Of a stretch of 64,000 bases of DNA, positions 27,845 through 38,037 are shown piece after piece. The notes below the pieces were generated by a model. That model made no database searches and was not told the origin of the DNA. It was given only the letters and a program-made list of their open reading frames with translations. Origin of the DNA: an uncultured Actinomycetes bacterium (GTDB lineage Bacteria; Actinomycetota; Thermoleophilia; Gaiellales; Gaiellaceae); assembly GCA_963847305.1 (NCBI GenBank), contig CAWJZI010000022.1, positions 20,385-84,384 of the forward strand. The letters run 5' to 3'. A program made the position numbers and the translations under genes. Each line of letters starts with the position of its first letter. The stretch's first letter is position 1.

Positions 27845-28549
27845 CTATTCGACCCGCTCGACGGGCCCGGTCAGGTGCGCGCGGCCGTCCTCGATCCGCA
27901 CGCGAAGGTCGCCGCCCGGGAAGGACACGACGACCTCGCCCTCGCCGTGGGTCGCGGCGGCGACTGCGACCGCGCTCGTCCCGGAGGACAGCGTCTCCCC
28001 GACACCGCGCTCCCAGACCCTTGCCGTCACCCGTCCCGGGCCGTCGATGCGGGCGACCTGGACGTTGGTGCGCTCCGGGTAGCGCGGGTGCGTCTCGAGC
28101 AGCGGCCCGATCAGCGGAAGGTCGTTCGGGTCGCCGACGACGACGGCGTGCGGGTTTCCGACCGAGACCGCCACGACCTCCAGGCCCGCGACCCGCTCGC
28201 GGTCGTAGACCTCGACCGCGCCGAGATCCTGCTCGATCTCTCCTCCCGGGAGCATGCGGGCGACGACCTCGCGGGGGCCGACTCGGATCGTGACCTCCCC
28301 CGCGCCGCTCTGCCCGGCGAGCCAGCGGGCCGCGATCCGCGTGCCGTTGCCGGACAGCTCCGCGGTCGAGCCGTCGGGGTTCCAGATCACGATCTCGGCC
28401 TGCGCGCCGTCGACGGAGACGACTTCGAGGATCCCGTCCGACCCGCCGACCTCGGCGCGCACGCGCTCGGGGGTCAGCGGTTCGCCGAGCTCAGCCCGTT
28501 CGGCCAGCAGGTACTCGTTGCCCGCCGCGCGCCAGCGCGAGAATCTCAT
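27845..28549 (-). CDS. dapF: diaminopimelate epimerase
   Basis: MRFSRWRAAGNEYLL, SGNGTR (first catalytic region), VGNPH, and GETLSSGTSAVA in the second catalytic region, which has S where the canonical Cys sits. Confidence 0.8.
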   Translation of the reverse strand: MRFSRWRAAGNEYLLAERAELGEPLTPERVRAEVGGSDGILEVVSVDGAQAEIVIWNPDGSTAELSGNGTRIAARWLAGQSGAGEVTIRVGPREVVARMLPGGEIEQDLGAVEVYDRERVAGLEVVAVSVGNPHAVVVGDPNDLPLIGPLLETHPRYPERTNVQVARIDGPGRVTARVWERGVGETLSSGTSAVAVAAATHGEGEVVVSFPGGDLRVRIEDGRAHLTGPVERVE

Positions 28550-29408
28550 CCGCCACCTCGTCCGGGAACCGGTCGGCCCGCACGCTAACGAGGCCGGGGA
28601 TCCGCCGCATCCACTTGCGCTGGTAGGCGGCGAAGCGGCGCGTTCTCGCCGACAGCTCCGAGATTGCCTCCTCCCTGGGCAACTCCGCGACCTCGCGCAG
28701 GCCCATGACCTTCCGGGCGGTCGCCGACAGCCGCCCGGCGAGCGCCGCTCGCACCTCCTGCTCCACTCCGGCGTCGAACATCGCCCGCGTCCGCTCCTCG
28801 ATGCGGCGGTTGAGCTCTTCCACCGGGACATCGAGCCCGACCACCAGCGTCGGATGACGCGACTCGTCCTCCCACAGCCGGTCGCCGGCGAGCGAGTGGC
28901 CGGTCTCGGCGAGCTCGAGCGCGCGGACGACGCGGCGGCGGTCGTTCGGGTGCACGGCCGCGGCGGCAGCAGGGTCGCGCTCGGCGAGGAGCGCGTGGGC
29001 AGCCTCGGCGCCCTGGTCGTAGAGGCGCTCCCACCGCTCGCGCGCGCCGGGCTCGGGCGCCGGCGGCACGTCCAGACCACCCAGGGCAGCGCGGAAGTAC
29101 AGACCGGTGCCGCCGACGACCACGGGTGTTCGACCGGCTGCGAGCGCAGTGTCGATCGCCGCGTGGGCGAGCTCCTGGTACTCGGCGACCGATGCCTCGT
29201 GGTCGAGCTGCCAGATCCCGACCAGCGCCGCCGAAGACTGGTTGGTCAGGATCGGCAGGCCGCGGTAGAGCTGTGCCGAGTCGGCCGCGACGAGCTCGGC
29301 AGGGATCTTGCGCGCGATCGCCTCGGCGACGGCGCTCTTGCCGCTCGCCGTCGGCCCGAAGAGCCCGAGGACGACGGGCTCAGGCGGCGGCTGCGACGAG
29401 CTGGGCAC
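28491..29408 (-). CDS. miaA: tRNA dimethylallyltransferase
   Basis: P-loop GPTASGKS, then DSAQLYRGLPILT and VVGGTGLY. GTG 29408 overlaps the miaB 3' end. Confidence 0.85.
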   Translation of the reverse strand: MPSSSQPPPEPVVLGLFGPTASGKSAVAEAIARKIPAELVAADSAQLYRGLPILTNQSSAALVGIWQLDHEASVAEYQELAHAAIDTALAAGRTPVVVGGTGLYFRAALGGLDVPPAPEPGARERWERLYDQGAEAAHALLAERDPAAAAAVHPNDRRRVVRALELAETGHSLAGDRLWEDESRHPTLVVGLDVPVEELNRRIEERTRAMFDAGVEQEVRAALAGRLSATARKVMGLREVAELPREEAISELSARTRRFAAYQRKWMRRIPGLVSVRADRFPDEVADEILALARGGQRVPAGRTG

Positions 29409-30691
29409 CGCTGAGCGTCGTCGAGGTGGCGCCGCCGATCTCCACCGGAACGAGCTCCCCCGGGTCCGCCGTCCCGGTGAAGTTGACAGTCGTGTTCCGC
29501 CTGGTGCGGCCCCGGCGGAGAGCCGGGTCGGTCCGGCTCGGGCCCTCGACCAGTACCTCCTCGACGCGGCCGACGCGCTCTGCATTGCGGACGGCCGCGG
29601 TCTGCTGGACGACCTCGATCAGCCGCTCGATGCGGTCGCGCTTGACCTCGTCCGGAACCTGGTCGGGCATCGTCGCCGCCTCGGTCCCGCTGCGCGGCGA
29701 GAACACGAAGGTGAACGCGGCGTCGTAGCCGACCTCCTCGACCGCCGAGACCGTCTGGAGAAAGTCGTCCTCCGTCTCTCCGGGAAAGCCGACGATCAGG
29801 TCGGTGGTGAGCGCCAGGTCGGGGATCGCCGCCCGCAGCTTCGCAACGAGCGTCAGGTACCGCTCGCGCGAGTAGGTCCGGCGCATGCGCCTGAGCACGG
29901 GAGTCGAGCCGGACTGGAGCGGCAGGTGCGCATGCTCGCAGACCGCCGCGCACCCGGCCATCGTCGCGATCACGTCAGGGCGGAAATCCTTCGGGTGCGG
30001 GCTCGTGAAGCGGATCCGGTCGATCCCCTCGACCGCGTCCACCGCGCGCAGGAGCTCGGCAAAACCGACCCGCGTGTCCGGCGGGAGATCGCGCCCGTAC
30101 GAATTGACGTTCTGCCCGAGCAGCGTCACCTCACGCACGCCGTCCTGAGCGAGCTGCTCGATCTCGGCAAGGATCTCGCCGGGGCGCCGGCTCACCTCGC
30201 GGCCGCGGACCGACGGCACGATGCAGTAGGCGCACGTCGAGTTGCAGCCCATCGAGATCTGCACCCAGGCCTGGAAGCTTCGCTCGCGGTGGAGCGGCAG
30301 CGTGGCGGAGAAGCGGCGCTCGTCGGCGGTGCCGAAAGCGCTCCGCGCAGACTGGCCGCCGGCCCCGAGCCACTCGCCGAGGTGGGGAATCGACCCCGGC
30401 CCGAAGGCGACGTCGACGAACGGGTACCGCTCGAAGATCCGCTCGCGCTGCGCCTCGGCGTAGCAGCCGCCGACCGCGATCACCCGCTCCGGGTCGCGGT
30501 CCTTGAGCGCCTTCGCCTGCGCCAGGTGCGCGGCGAGGCGCTGGTCGGGCTTCTCCCGGATCGTGCAGGTGTTGAAGACGACGACGTCGGCGTCCTCCTG
30601 TGCGGCCGCCTCCCCTAGCCCGAGCGACTCGAGCATGCCCTTGATCCGCTCCGAATCGTGGGCGTTCATCTGGCAGCCGAAGGTGCGTCAC
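29380..30691 (-). CDS. miaB: tRNA-2-methylthio-N6-dimethylallyladenosine synthase; frameshift in the first ~20 nt as sequenced
   Basis: Radical SAM motif CNSTCAYC and a TRAM C-terminus. The conserved TFGCQMN continues upstream of ATG 30669 but meets a TGA. GTG 30691 is in another frame. Confidence 0.9.
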
Positions 30692-30738
30692 GTCAGTACT
30701 GCGTCACGGCGGCGGCATCGGTAGCCCGGCGCGGCTGC

Positions 30739-31340
30739 TCAGCTCGATCCGCGATCGCCCGGCCAGATCGCGTGCAGCGCGTCGTCGCGCAGGCTCGGGT
30801 CGAGCTCGCGGAACGAGGCGTCGGGTTGGGCTCCCAGCGAATCCAGCGTCTTCGTGAAGAACGACCGGAGCGCCGCGGCGAGCGCGACGTCGACGACCTC
30901 CTCGTCGCTCAGACCGCAGCTCGCGCAGCCGGTCGATGTCCGCCTGCGTCACCGACGAGGCGTCCTGCGCGACCTTGCGCCGCGAACTCCATCACTGCCG
31001 TGTCGACCTCGTCGAGCGGATACGTGCCGCTCGCGATCCCGACCACGTCGTCGGTGAGTAGAACTTCTCCGCGAGCACCTTGCCGTGGGCGAGCGAGCAG
31101 TAGCTCGACGAAGGCGCCGTGCCGCGGCCAGCGTCGCCAGCTCGTACCGTCGCTCGTCCATCCGGCCCTTGACGGCTCCGACGAGCTGCTTCCACGCGGC
31201 AAACGCCTCGGGCCGGTGTGCCAGGACCCTGAAGTAGTTCGGCACGTAGCCGAGGCGCCTTCGCATCGGCCGCCATCTCCTCGGGAAGCTCGCCGTCCGG
31301 GACAGGCGCGACATAGCTGGCACGAGCGGGAAAGTACCAT
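30739..31340 (-). pseudogene. carboxymuconolactone decarboxylase/AhpD-like (peroxidase-related) gene with at least 5 frameshifts
   Basis: Conserved pieces jump between frames: SYVAPVPDGELPEEM / LGYVPNYFRVLAHRPEAFAAWKQLVGAVKGRMDERRYELATLAAARRL / SSYCSLAHGKVLAEKFY / DDVVGIASGTYPLDEVDTAVMEF / KVAQDASSVTQADIDRLRE / GLSDEEVVDVALAAALRSFFTKTLDSLG... Confidence 0.7.
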
Positions 31341-31347
31341 CGCGGCC

Positions 31348-31727
31348 GTGGACGGCGAAGCTGCGGCACGCGCCTGGGTGGCCGGCTGGACGAGGGCTGG
31401 GAACGCCGACGCCGACGGAGATCGCCGCTCTGTACACGCGCGGACGCGCGTCTTCCGGTCGCTACCCGTTCCGGAGCCGGAGAAGAGCGCCGCGACTACG
31501 CGCGTCGCGCCTTCGCGGACGAGGAATTCGTCGAGTGCCGTCTTCGGCGAGCCGGTCGTCGCCGGGGACCGAGCGGCGGTCGAATACTGGGCTGTCCTCA
31601 GTGCCGACGGCGACGAGGAGACGCTCGCCGGGATCGCACTGCGTGCGGTTCGGGCCGGGCGGCAAGCGTGCTCGAGCAGCGCGACTACTGGTCGATGGAG
31701 CCCGGCCGCCGCCCGCCGAACTTTTAG
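31348..31727 (+). pseudogene. NTF2/SnoaL-like small protein gene with at least 4 frameshifts
   Basis: Pieces lie in different frames: VDGEAAARAWVAGWTRA / EIAALYT / RRDYARRAFADEEFVEC / FGEPVVAGDRAAVEYWAVLSADGDEETLAGIAL / RFGPGGK / VLEQRDYWSMEPGRRPPNF*. Confidence 0.55.
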
Positions 31728-31733
31728 AGCACG

Positions 31734-33266
31734 CTACTTCGCGTACTCGATCGCGCGTGACTCGCGGATCACCGTCACCTTGATCTGGCCCGGGTACTCG
31801 AGGGCCGCCTCGATCTCGCGCGCGATCTCGTGCGAGAGCAGCACCGCCTGGTCGTCGTCGATCTCCTCCGGCTTGACGATCACGCGGATCTCACGGCCGG
31901 CCTGGAGCGCGTAGACCTTCTCCACCCCGTCCTTCTGGGCGGCGAGCTCCTCGAGCGACTCGAGCCGCTTGATGTAGTTCTCCAGGCTCTCGCCACGCGC
32001 GCCCGGCCGCGACGCGGAGATCGCGTCGGCCGAGATCAGCAGCACAGCCTCGACAGTCTGGGGCTGCACCTCGTAGTGGTGCGCCTCGATCGCATGGACG
32101 ACACCCTGCGTCTCGCCGTAGCGCCGCGCGTACTGCGCCGAGATCAGCGCGTGCGAGCCCTCGACCTCGTGGGTGAGCGCCTTGCCGAGGTCGTGAAGCA
32201 GCGCTGCGCGCTTCGCCGTCTTCACGCTCGCGTCGAGCTCTGCGGCCATGATCCCTGCGAGCTGGACGACCTCGAGCGTGTGCTTGAGGACGTTCTGTCC
32301 GTAGCTCGTCCGATACCGCAGGCGCCCGAGGATCTTGACGATCTCCTCGTGGAATTCGCCGCAGTTCGCCTCGAAGACCGCCTGCTCGCCCGCCTGGCGG
32401 ATGTGCTCGTCGAGCTCCGCCTTCGACTGGTAGTACATCTCCTCGATTCGGGCGGGATGGATCCGACCGTCCTCGATCAGCTTCGTGAGCGTGATCTTGG
32501 CCACCTCGCGGCGGATTCCGTCGAACGAGGAGAGGACGACCGCTCCGGGCGTGTCGTCGATGATGATGTCCACGCCCGTCAGGTGCTCGAGCGTGCGGAT
32601 GTTGCGGCCCTCACGGCCGATGATCCGGCCCTTCATGTCGTCGGAGGGAAGCTCGACGAGCGAGACCGTCGTCTCGGCCGCGTGGCTCGCCGCCACCCGC
32701 TGGAGCGCGTCGGCGACCAGGTTGCGGGCGCGCCGGCGTGCCTCCGACTGCGCCTCTTCCTCGAGCTGACGGACCCGGCGCGCAAGCTCGTGGCGGACGA
32801 GCTCCTCGGAGCGCGTCAGCACCTCCGCCTTCGCGTCGTTGACGGTCATCCCGGATACGCGCTCGAGCTCCTCTAGCTCCCGCTCCTTCGCCGCCTTCAG
32901 CTCCTCCTGGAGCGAGCGCGCGTGCACTTCCCGGTCGGCGACGCCCTGGTCGCGCCGCTCGACCTCGTCGAGCCGGCGTTCGAGCTCGGATTCGCGCGCG
33001 GCGAGACGTTCCTGGGTCCTCAGCGCCTCGGACTGGCGCTCGTTCAGCTCCCGCTCGACCTCCTCGCGGAGCTTGACCGCCTCCTCCTTCGACTCCAGCT
33101 GCGCCTCACGCTTGAGGGCGTCTGCCTCCCGCCGAGCCTCCTGGATCAGCAGCTGCCGGGTCCGGCGGGCCGCAGCGAGGCTGGAGCTCCCTGTGAAGGC
33201 GAGCCACGCGATCACCAGCGCTCCACCGGCGACGAGGCCGATGACGATGCCGATCACGATTCCCAA
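31734..33266 (-). CDS. rny: ribonuclease Y
   Basis: N-terminal TM segment, coiled coil, KH domain (MKGRIIGREGRNIR) and HD domain (LLHDLGKA). 510 aa. Confidence 0.95.
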   Translation of the reverse strand: MGIVIGIVIGLVAGGALVIAWLAFTGSSSLAAARRTRQLLIQEARREADALKREAQLESKEEAVKLREEVERELNERQSEALRTQERLAARESELERRLDEVERRDQGVADREVHARSLQEELKAAKERELEELERVSGMTVNDAKAEVLTRSEELVRHELARRVRQLEEEAQSEARRRARNLVADALQRVAASHAAETTVSLVELPSDDMKGRIIGREGRNIRTLEHLTGVDIIIDDTPGAVVLSSFDGIRREVAKITLTKLIEDGRIHPARIEEMYYQSKAELDEHIRQAGEQAVFEANCGEFHEEIVKILGRLRYRTSYGQNVLKHTLEVVQLAGIMAAELDASVKTAKRAALLHDLGKALTHEVEGSHALISAQYARRYGETQGVVHAIEAHHYEVQPQTVEAVLLISADAISASRPGARGESLENYIKRLESLEELAAQKDGVEKVYALQAGREIRVIVKPEEIDDDQAVLLSHEIAREIEAALEYPGQIKVTVIRESRAIEYAK

Positions 33267-33356
33267 ATTGCGTCCCCTTGCTCGGACTCGGTTGTCCGCG
33301 GCGGACGCCGCGGGCCCATCCGCCGCCGAGCCGGCGCGGACGCATACCGCGAATCG

Positions 33357-33390
33357 AAAAAAGCAGACGGCGACCCCGCAGGGGCCGCTC
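33357..33390 (-). terminator. intrinsic terminator after recA-recX
   Basis: On the minus strand: GCGGCCCCTGCGGGGTCGCCGTCTGC followed by TTTTTT. This is the only clear U-tract terminator I saw in the window. Confidence 0.6.
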
Positions 33391-33527
33391 GGGTTGACTT
33401 ACGTCACCCGGTCGGGCGCCTCCTGAGGCCGTCGCTTGCCGGATTGAACATGAGTTTCAGAGTTCCAGAGGTCTTGATTCGATTCGGAAATGCGTCGTAT
33501 GCAGGCAAAACGTCGAATGAAGCTTTT

Positions 33528-33996
33528 CTATCCTACTCCTGTCGACGGGTCCCGTGCAAGGAGCGCTTCCAGCGTCTCCTCGGCGAAGCCCCGGCGGGCC
33601 ATCGTTCGCGCAGCGGCGAGACCGCCCCGGAGCTTCGCCCACTCTCCCGGAGCGCGCTCGGCCTCGGGCTCGAGTCCGCGCGATCGCGTCGGCGGCCACC
33701 TCGGCGGCCACGCCCTGAGCGTCGAGGTCGGCGCGGATCCACTCGTCGCCGTAGCCCCGGGCGGCCAACTGCTCGGCCCGCGCGCGCGCGAACCGCGCGT
33801 CGTCGACGTACCCGGCACGCTCCAGCGTCTCGAGCGCGTCGTTCTGCGCGTCCTCGGGCACGCCTGCGCGCGCGAGCTTGGCCCGCAGGGATTCCGCGGA
33901 GTGATCGCGCCGGGCGAGCGCGCGAACGGCGCGGTCGAGCACCCGCTCTTCAGGCGACGGAGCGTCGCTACTCGACGCTGACAGCCTCCTCGACAA
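33528..33996 (-). CDS. recX: recombination regulator RecX; one frameshift as sequenced (near 33685-33697)
   Basis: N-terminal part: [21 protein letters not shown]...[12 protein letters not shown]. The C-terminal part, [30 protein letters not shown]..., lies in the frame the ORF track fused to recA. Confidence 0.8.
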
Positions 33997-35102
33997 CAGC
34001 CTCCTCGAGCCTCGGCTTCGGCCTCCTCGCCCGCGGCAGCCGCGGCCGCCGCCTTCTTCTTCGCGGCCTTCTCCTGGTCGGCCGGCTCGGCGACCGGCAG
34101 CAGCCGGGCGGAGGCGATCTGGTCGTCGCCTAGCTGTGCCTGGATCCGCTGGAGGATCGACTGGGTGACGTCGGGGTGCTCGCGCAGGAACGCGGTCGCG
34201 TTCTGGCGGCCCTGGCCAAGGCGCTCGTCCTCGAAGCTGAAGTAGGAGCCCGACTTCTGGACGACCTTCCGCTCGAGCCCCGCGTCGAGCACCGAGCCCT
34301 CCCAGGAGATCCCCATCCCGTAGAGGATGTCGAACTCAGCGAGCTTGAACGGCGGCGCGACCTTGTTCTTCGCCACCTTCACGCGCACGCGGTTGCCGAT
34401 CGCCTCGACGCCTTCCTTCAGCGTCTCGATCCGGCGGATGTCGAGGCGCACCGACGAGTAGAACTTCAGCGCGCGGCCGCCCGGGGTCGTCTCCGGGTTG
34501 CCGAACATGACGCCGATCTTCTCGCGCAGCTGGTTCGTGAAGATGCAGATCGTGTCGGTGCGGTTGAGCGTGCCCGCGAGCTTCCGCATCGCCTGGCTCA
34601 TCATCCGGGCCTGGAGGCCGACGTGGCTGTCGCCCATCTCGCCCTCGAGCTCGGCCTTCGGCGTCAGCGCCGCGACCGAGTCGATCGCGACGACGTCGAG
34701 CGCGCCGCTGCGGATCAGCAGCTCGGTGATCTCGAGCGCCTGCTCGCCCGTGTCGGGCTGGGAGACGAGCAGATCGTCGATATTGACTCCGATCCGTTTC
34801 GCGTAACTCGGATCCATTGCGTGCTCGGCGTCGATGAACGCGCAGATCCCGCCGCGGCGCTGCGCCTCGGCGATCACGTGGTAGACGAGCGTCGTCTTGC
34901 CCGAGGACTCCGGTCCGAAGATCTCGACAACCCGGCCGCGCGGCAGCCCGCCGATCCCGAGCGCGAGGTCGAGCGCGAGCGAGCCGGTCGAGACGGCGCC
35001 GATGGAAACCTGTGGACGGTCGCTCATCTTCATGACCGACCCCTTGCCGAACGCCCGCTCGATCTGTCCGAGCGCCGCGTCTAGAGCTTGCTCACGATCC
35101 AC
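33971..35102 (-). CDS. recA: recombinase RecA; frameshift in the acidic C-terminal tail as sequenced (near 34003-34014)
   Basis: The core is fully conserved ([16 protein letters not shown]). The expected end ...[12 protein letters not shown] is in another frame with a TAG at 33971. As sequenced, the ORF reads through to 33528. Confidence 0.95.
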
Positions 35103-35701
35103 GCTCTGTCCTCTCTTTCACTTCGGGCCCTCCTCCTACGCCAAATTCCTGAAGTGCCACGTACTGCGCCCCTGTCGGGCGGAGCATGGAATGGTAGACA
35201 GCGGCTCCGGACGGAACGACCTCGCCCGAGATCCGGTAACCGAGGCTCGAGCCGTGGCCGCTCCCGAAATCGCACCACGGAGACGTGCGGAAGCCAGGGA
35301 CGACGCTCTGACTCGTAGACGCCGAGCCGCTCGAGGCGCGCCTGCAGATCGGCCGCGAGCGCGGCCGCGGCGCCCTCCGCGTCGTCGAGCACGAGCATCC
35401 CCACGCTGCGCGTCTCGCGGTAGCCCTGCGCCGAGAGCCGGACAGGCCTGGCGGCCCGGGAGGCTGCCTCGAGCTCCGCGGCGATCGGCTCGACGTCGCG
35501 CCGCGGACGGTGCCCGAGGAACGCGAGCGTGACATGCAGGTTGTCGGGCGCGACGGGCCGGAACCGCCCGGCCGGCAGCGACCGCCTTTCCTGCAACAGG
35601 GCCTGCCACTCGACCAGCGCGTCGACGGTCTCGTCGGGGAGCCTGAGAGCGCAGAAGAGACGGATGCGGACATCGCCTTCGACGCTAGCAGCGTCGGTCA
35701 T
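35092..35701 (-). CDS. thpR: 2'-5' RNA ligase / RNA 2',3'-cyclic phosphodiesterase family; one frameshift (near 35222-35230)
   Basis: Two HxT/S motifs (HVTLAFLG and HVSVVRF). The tail [21 protein letters not shown] is in another frame. The ATGA overlaps the cinA stop. Confidence 0.8.
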
Positions 35702-36968
35702 ACGTCTCTGTGACTGTTCCGTGCCAAGAGACGCCGCACGAGATGCAACGCGGCGACCGTCGCCCGCGACCGGATCGTCTCCCGGTCCCCGGGCAGCGTG
35801 AACTCGATCCCGTGGCCGCCCTCGGGCGTCTCCGCATGCAGGAAGACGAGCCCGACCGGTTTCTCCGCGGTCCCGCCCTCCGGGGCCGGCAATGCCCGTG
35901 ACCGCGACGGCCACGTCCGCGCCCAGCCGCTCGCGGGCCCCTGCCGCCATCGCTGCCGCGGCCTCCGCCGAGACTGCGCCGTGCGTCTCCACCAGCGCCG
36001 GCGAGACGCCCAGCTCCGACTGCTTGACCGAGTTCGAGTAGGCGACGACCGACCCGAGGAAGACATCGCTCGACCCGGGCACCGACGTCAGCCGCGCGGC
36101 GACGAGCCCGCCCGTGCACGACTCTGCCGTGGCGAGCGACCAGCCGCGCCCGCGGCACGCCTCGAGCACGATCTCCTCGACCCGCTGCTCGTCGCGCGTG
36201 AACAGGTACTCCGCGAGCGGCTCGGCGAGCCCGCGCTCCACCTCGTCCCCGCGTGCCGCTGCGCCCGGATCGACGAGCAGGTCGACGTGGATCTCGAAGT
36301 CGCGCGCGCAGATCGTCGCGACGACGCCGTCCCGCTCGCCCCCGGCGTCTGCGAGCGCTTTCGCGATCGCCGACTCGCTGGCGCCGTAGAACCGGAGCAC
36401 TCGACGGGCAGGCTGCCGCGCCCGCTCGAGTACCCGCCGGAGCGGCTCGGTGTCGAGCGCCCGCGGCCACAGCTGCTGGAGCTCCGCGGGCGGCCCGGGC
36501 AAGACGACTACCGGCGCGCGCTCCGTCTCCAGGACGAACCCCGGCGCCGTCCCGACGAACGCCGAGGGAAAGAGCCCCCTCCGGCAGCGTCGCCTGCTTC
36601 CGCACCCCAGGCTCGAAGTCCGTGTACGGCCGCCGCAGCCGCTCCGCGATCCGGCGCGAAACGGCGCCGATCTCCTCGAGCAGCGCGTTGTCCAATACGA
36701 GCGGCCGGCCGGCAACTCTCGCGACGAGCTCGACGGTGCGGTCGTCGTGCGTCGGCCCGAGCCCGCCGGAGACGACGCACAGGTCGGCGTCGAGCGCGAT
36801 CCCGAGCGCGGCCCCGAGCTCGCCAGGATCGTCGCCGACGATCGAGATCCGCGCCGGATCGACCCCGAGCAGCAGCAGCTGGCCGGCGAGAAACGGGCCG
36901 TTCCGGTCCGTGCGCTCGCCCCGGACGAGCTCGCTGCCGGTGACGACGATCGCGGCCCGCGGCCGCAA
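35698..36968 (-). CDS. cinA: competence/damage-inducible protein CinA (MoCF-binding + PncC deamidase); two frameshifts (36575-36579 C5 run, about 35872-35885)
   Basis: IVVTGSELVRGERTDRNGPFLA and SGGLGPTHDDRT, then LFPSAFVGTAPGF...TAESCTGGL...TGIAGPGG, then GTAEKPVGLVFLH, in three successive frames. Confidence 0.85.
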
Positions 36969-37667
36969 CTACCGACGGCTCGCGGGAACGATCAGGCTGC
37001 GCGGCTGGCCGCCGCCGACCGGCACGTCGCTTCCGTTCAGCTTCATCCGCACGTTCTCGGGCGAACCGAGATAGACCCAGAGGCCCTTGCGGGTGCCGAA
37101 GCGCTGCAGGGTCCCCTTGGTCAGCGTCCCCTGGTACACCTGCTTGCCGCCGTCGGAGCCAACCCGGACGATCAGCAGCGTATCGCCCTTGACGGCCCGC
37201 ACGAGCAGCCCGCCGGCACGCGCCGGCACCTTCGCAGGCGTGCTCAGCGGGAGCTTCGTGTGGCTGCCGCCCCCGAAGCGCCACGCGGCGATCACGAGCG
37301 CAGTGACGACGGCGATCCCGATCACCGTGAACCAGACGACGTTCGACTCGAGCTTGCGACGCCGGCGTCGCTGCCGCATACGCGGCCGGGGAGCCGGCGT
37401 GGTGCGCAGGCCCCGCTCGAGCACCTCGTCGCCGGTGCCGTAGCGGACGTTGTACTCGTCCACGTACAGCTGGCCGTCGAGGCCGAGGTAGTCCGCGTAG
37501 GTGCGCACGAAGCCCTTGACGTAGGTCGGCCCGGGAAGCTGGTCGAACGCCTCGTCCTCGAGCGCCCTCAGGTACTTCGCGCGGATCTTGGTGCCCTGCT
37601 CGAGCTCGGGGAAGTCGAGCTCTTTGCGCACGCGCGCCTCGCGAAGGCTGTTACCGATCTCGAACAC
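36969..37667 (-). CDS. RodZ-like HTH/DUF4115 membrane protein
   Basis: N-terminal XRE-type HTH (IGNSLREARVRKELDFPELEQGTKIRAKYLRALE), a single TM segment, and a C-terminal DUF4115-like beta domain. Confidence 0.8.
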   Translation of the reverse strand: MFEIGNSLREARVRKELDFPELEQGTKIRAKYLRALEDEAFDQLPGPTYVKGFVRTYADYLGLDGQLYVDEYNVRYGTGDEVLERGLRTTPAPRPRMRQRRRRRKLESNVVWFTVIGIAVVTALVIAAWRFGGGSHTKLPLSTPAKVPARAGGLLVRAVKGDTLLIVRVGSDGGKQVYQGTLTKGTLQRFGTRKGLWVYLGSPENVRMKLNGSDVPVGGGQPRSLIVPASRR

Positions 37668-37686
37668 GGCGGCCCATTGTAAGCCG

Positions 37687-38037
37687 TCAACCGGCGAAAA
37701 GGGTCAATAGCCCCCAGAACCCGACTGCAAGAGCTGCGGTAGTTGCGAAAAGAACGCCGACGATCCCGAGCAGGCGGCCGATCCGGGCCGTGCTCGCGCC
37801 GCCGGCGCGGCCGAGCGTCAGGACGATCCGCTCGCGGGCGCGGCGCGCGAGGAGGATCGCGAACCAGCCCAGCAGCAGCGCGACGGCGATCGAGATCGTC
37901 GCGAGCCGCAGCGTCACCCGCTCGCTCTCGCGCGCGAGCGCGACGCCCGCGGGCATCGCGATCAGGGAGAGAACCCCGCACGCGAGCGACCACCCCGCGC
38001 GCGGGTTCGCCCTATTGCTTGACGTACGGCCGTCCAA
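37687..38037 (-). CDS. hypothetical membrane protein
   Basis: 116 aa with 3 hydrophobic segments. It overlaps the 3' end of the upstream permease by 26 nt, so the start is uncertain. Confidence 0.45.
   Translation of the reverse strand: MDGRTSSNRANPRAGWSLACGVLSLIAMPAGVALARESERVTLRLATISIAVALLLGWFAILLARRARERIVLTLGRAGGASTARIGRLLGIVGVLFATTAALAVGFWGLLTLFAG

Noticed and set aside
33528-35102. 524-aa RecA with a long C-terminal extension
   Set aside because: The extension is recX read in the wrong and then the right frame. The expected acidic RecA tail and its TAG at 33971 are one frame away.
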